39,774 nt of DNA from IMG/VR virus record IMGVR_UViG_3300017780_003276, positions 1 to 39,774 of that record, one strand, 5' to 3'. A program made the translations under genes and the position numbers. The stretch is from a virus. Taxonomy: Duplodnaviria; Caudoviricetes. The notes beneath the pieces are model-generated. The model was given only the letters and a program-made list of their open reading frames with translations. It had not been told where the DNA came from and did not search any database. Shown one piece after another: positions 36,857 through 39,774 of this stretch; the stretch's first letter is position 1; every line of letters starts with the position of its first letter.

Positions 36857-37213
36857 ATGAAAGATATAGGAATAACTCTTAGTTTTTTAATAAGTGGGTT
36901 ATTTGGAGCTATATTAATGGCATCTAAACAAGCCAAAGGAAATATTAAATCAATAATAATATCTATTGTGGGAGGTATGGCCTCAGCTAATTATCTTACA
37001 CCGGTATTGATTGAAATGCTAAAACTTGAAGAAACTAAACTACAAAATGGATTAGCTTTCGTTATAGGATTTTTAGGATTGAAATTAGTAGAGGTAGTAA
37101 GTGAAAAGTTTCTAAATAAAATAATAGCAGTTGACGAACCTAAAAATAAAACAACAAAAAAGAAAACAGTTACTAAAAAAACCAAACCAAATGTTAGAAA
37201 AATTAAAAAATAA
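36857..37213 (+). CDS. Holin-like protein, 3 TM
   Basis: Three hydrophobic segments, AFVIGFLG, Lys-rich tail. Confidence 0.65.
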   Translation: MKDIGITLSFLISGLFGAILMASKQAKGNIKSIIISIVGGMASANYLTPVLIEMLKLEETKLQNGLAFVIGFLGLKLVEVVSEKFLNKIIAVDEPKNKTTKKKTVTKKTKPNVRKIKK

Positions 37214-37817
37214 GCTTTGGATTGTTATAATACCAGTTGCCATTATAGTATTGTTATCAATCTCAGCTATCAAGGATATTGAAAAATCCCACATTGAATT
37301 AGATAATGGTAAACGTACCGCGTATTATCTAAGATCATCAACTGACAGTTTAACTTACCTAGGGGCGGCTTACACAGCTACAGGTAATGAAAAATTTATC
37401 AATCAATTTAACGATCATTTAGAAAGAAGAAAAGAAATAAAGTTTGATATTGATGAAGATGCTTTAGTTTATTATAACGAAGGTCTTAGATTAAGTAATT
37501 TACTTGCAGCTGAAATAGAAGGACCAGCATTTAAAGCAATGGATAGTAAAGCGTTTTTTGGTGATAAATACTTGTCATATAAAACAGGAATAATTAATAG
37601 TATTGAAAGTTTAAGAATTACAGTTTATAATAAGTCAAACTCTAAATTACAAAGAGCAATATTAGAGCTCAACATTTACATCTACGCTTTAATTTTTATT
37701 GTATTAGGTTTAGTAGTGTTTATTAAATTTAATTCTACCCCTCCAATTAAAACAAAATCCACTAATAAAAAGAAAATACCAATTAAAAAATCTAAAAATG
37801 GCAAACGAAGAAGTTAA
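37191..37817 (+). CDS. Two-TM protein with chemoreceptor-like periplasmic helical sensor domain and no signalling domain; start moved to ATG 37191
   Basis: TM-LRSSTDSLTYLGAAYTATGNEKF...LSNLLAAEIEGPAFKAM..FFGDKYLSYKTGI-TM, short basic tail. Confidence 0.6.
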   Translation: MLEKLKNKLWIVIIPVAIIVLLSISAIKDIEKSHIELDNGKRTAYYLRSSTDSLTYLGAAYTATGNEKFINQFNDHLERRKEIKFDIDEDALVYYNEGLRLSNLLAAEIEGPAFKAMDSKAFFGDKYLSYKTGIINSIESLRITVYNKSNSKLQRAILELNIYIYALIFIVLGLVVFIKFNSTPPIKTKSTNKKKIPIKKSKNGKRRS

Positions 37818-38742
37818 AGAGTCAACATCAACACAAGTAGGTAATACTACACTAACAGCAGAAACTGGAGCAAGTGCAGAAGCACATGCTGGAGTAGCAG
37901 TAACAGACACATCAGTATCAGCGACAGCAGGTGTATCAGCAGAAGTAGATGCATCAGTATCTAGTACAACTGAATTTGATGGAGCTACATTAACAAATGA
38001 AGCACATGCTATAGCAGAAGCACATGCTGAAGCAACAGCAGAAGCAGGATGGGATGGTAGAGATGCTAGTGCTAATGTTAGTGTGGAAGCAGGAGTAAGT
38101 GCTGAGGTAGGTACTAGTTCAACTGTAGAAACAGATCATGGAACATACGGTGTTCATGCTGAAGCAACAGCAGAAGCAAGCGCATACGCAGGGGCAAATG
38201 CCTCAGTAGGTGAACACGGAATAGAAGGTAATGCTGGAGCAATGGCTGGAGCATCAGTAGGTGTAAATGTAGGTACAACTGCCGAATATGGAGATGTATC
38301 AGCAGAAGCAAATGCTGGTGTTAGTATAGGAGTACAAGTTGGAGCTGAAGTTGGTGGTGGTGCTACAATGGAACATGGAGTAGTAACTGTAGGAGTAGAA
38401 GGAGAAGTAGCATTATTAGCAGGAATTGAAATAAATACCTCAATATCAGTAGATATAAATGATGAAATTAAAGCAACAGAAAAAGCAGCCGCCGAAGCAG
38501 CAAAAGTAGTAGAGGTAGCAGCAGCAGTTGCTAAACACGAGGCAGAAGTAGCAGCTGCAGAAGCTAAAAGAATAGCTGAACATCAAGCAGCAGTTGCTAA
38601 AGCTGAGGTTGAAAGACAAGCAGCAGTTGTTAAACACGAGGCAGAAGTAGCAGCTAGAGCAGCACAAGACGCAGCTAATAGAGCAGCAGAAGAAGCTAAA
38701 AAAATAGTTAATAAAGCAAATCCTAAAAATTGGTTTAAATAA
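37798..38742 (+). CDS. Acidic Ala/Gly/Val-rich beta-repeat protein with C-terminal coiled coil
   Basis: AEAGASAEA-type repeats; AAVAKHEAEVAA repeats. Confidence 0.78.
   Translation: MANEEVKESTSTQVGNTTLTAETGASAEAHAGVAVTDTSVSATAGVSAEVDASVSSTTEFDGATLTNEAHAIAEAHAEATAEAGWDGRDASANVSVEAGVSAEVGTSSTVETDHGTYGVHAEATAEASAYAGANASVGEHGIEGNAGAMAGASVGVNVGTTAEYGDVSAEANAGVSIGVQVGAEVGGGATMEHGVVTVGVEGEVALLAGIEINTSISVDINDEIKATEKAAAEAAKVVEVAAAVAKHEAEVAAAEAKRIAEHQAAVAKAEVERQAAVVKHEAEVAARAAQDAANRAAEEAKKIVNKANPKNWFK
38521..38655 (+). repeat. 36-bp direct repeat, 99-bp period (38521-38556, 38620-38655)
   Basis: gcagcagttg(c/t)taaacacgaggcagaagtagcagct. Confidence 0.85.
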
Positions 38743-38757
38743 TAAAAATAAAATAAA

Positions 38758-39357
38758 ATGGACATTAACAAACTAAAAGGACACATCCCGGATAGCGTCA
38801 TAGCAATGTTACCGGATACAATGACAAAATTTGAATTGAATACCCCACTCCGCTTAGCTCATTTTCTAGCTCAAGCAGGACATGAGTCAGGTGGTTTCAA
38901 AGCAGTAAACGAAAATTTAAACTATGGTGCTAAAGGATTGTTAGGAATATTTAAAAAATATTTCCCAACACCTGAAAAAGCAGCATTGTACGAACGCAAG
39001 CCAGAAAAGATTGCTAACCTAGTATACGGTGGTAGAATGGGTAACGGAGCTGAAGCAACTGGTGAAGGATATAAATTCCGTGGACGTGGCTACATTCAGT
39101 TAACTGGTAAAGATAACTACAAAGCATTTGATGCGGTTGTACCTGAAAATTTACTTGAATCACCAGATCTAGTAGCAACTAAATATCCATTATTATCTGC
39201 TGCTTGGTTCTTTCATAAAAATGGATTACATAAAATAGCTGATGGTGGGGCTACAGATGCTGTAGTAACATCAGTTACAAAACGTGTTAATGGTGGAACT
39301 ACTGGTTTACCTGATAGACTTAAACACTTCAAAGAATATTATACATTACTAAAATAA
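38758..39357 (+). CDS. Endolysin, glycoside hydrolase family 19
   Basis: AHFLAQAGHESGGF, ENLNY, FRGRGYIQLTGKDNY, SAAWFF, VTKRVNGG. Confidence 0.93.
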   Translation: MDINKLKGHIPDSVIAMLPDTMTKFELNTPLRLAHFLAQAGHESGGFKAVNENLNYGAKGLLGIFKKYFPTPEKAALYERKPEKIANLVYGGRMGNGAEATGEGYKFRGRGYIQLTGKDNYKAFDAVVPENLLESPDLVATKYPLLSAAWFFHKNGLHKIADGGATDAVVTSVTKRVNGGTTGLPDRLKHFKEYYTLLK

Positions 39358-39362
39358 AATAT

Positions 39363-39774
39363 ATGATAAAGTTATTATTGATTGTACTACTATCAATACC
39401 TGTTCTTGTAAAATCTCAAACAGTAACCTACGATAGTGCTAGAAACGTTAACTACACGGTTGTTGACACAATTAAATTACCATACCCAGTAGCTAAGCAG
39501 ATTACCTTAGATCTAATTAGTGGTGATAGTGCCAAAGCTGAATTAAAACTAACAAATGAGAATGTTACATTACTAGAAAAGAAAGTAACATTAAAAGATA
39601 GTATTATTTCAGGACACGTTCAAAAAGGCATTATGTATGAAGAACGTATCCAAAATGAACAATTAAAATTTGACGCCCAAGGATTATGGGTTAAAGATTT
39701 ACAAAAACAAAATAAGAAATTTAAAGTAAAATTAACATTCACTAGAATAACACTTAGTGCTATTATTGGTGGAA
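39363..39774 (+). CDS. Signal-peptide coiled-coil protein, 3'-truncated (possible spanin component)
   Basis: MIKLLLIVLLSIPVLVKSQ..., coiled coil, hydrophobic segment starting at window end. Confidence 0.65.
   Translation, partial: MIKLLLIVLLSIPVLVKSQTVTYDSARNVNYTVVDTIKLPYPVAKQITLDLISGDSAKAELKLTNENVTLLEKKVTLKDSIISGHVQKGIMYEERIQNEQLKFDAQGLWVKDLQKQNKKFKVKLTFTRITLSAIIGG

Noticed and set aside
111-38801. Minus-strand and alternative-frame ORFs in the track (e.g. 2926-3150, 4214-4510, 10229-10432, 19485-19820, 21373-21735, 38446-38667)
   Set aside because: They are shadows of convincing + strand genes or repeats, with no motifs. 11587-11820 and 11696-11947 overlap the tRNA-like RNA.
1-39774. Bacterial chromosome origin, or stop-codon reassignment
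   Set aside because: Single-strand dense packing, lysis genes, denV and isolated host-like genes favour a phage, although no capsid or terminase lies in the window. Known genes are full length in the standard code.

Overview
AT-rich, gene-dense window with essentially all credible genes on the + strand. It is best read as part of a large tailed-phage genome, probably infecting Bacteroidota. Support for that host: five intergenic TTG-N20-TAnnTTTA promoter-like motifs, A-rich leaders mostly lacking a Shine-Dalgarno (SD), and an outer-membrane beta-barrel and a lipoprotein. Order of content: 3' part of a family A DNA polymerase; a 1475-aa repeat-rich fibre/adhesin-like protein; iscU; hsp20-orf-groES-groEL; an accessory block (beta-barrel, denV, thioredoxin, tRNA-like RNA, lipoprotein); a Cas4-like nuclease; a ~16 kb glycosylation island (GT4/GT2, cupin-NTP transferase-kinase fusion, SdhL-like dehydrogenase, KbaZ/GatZ-like protein, HAD, FkbM, fcl, gmd); small hypotheticals; and a lysis cassette (holin-like and spanin-like proteins, GH19 endolysin). 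The most unusual signal is at the RNA level. Three unrelated genes (hsp20, the beta-barrel, ORF 11802) are each bracketed by their own 18-19 bp of 5'-leader/3'-trailer complementarity, and the four non-Watson-Crick pairs inside those helices are all U.G wobbles (panhandle mRNAs). One of these arms starts at the CCA end of an anticodon-less, class II tRNA-like RNA. Also notable: hairpins that sequester start regions, a sensor-only chemoreceptor-like protein inside the lysis cassette, and recombination scars. All protein assignments are by-eye motif recognition; no database searches or folding programs were run.
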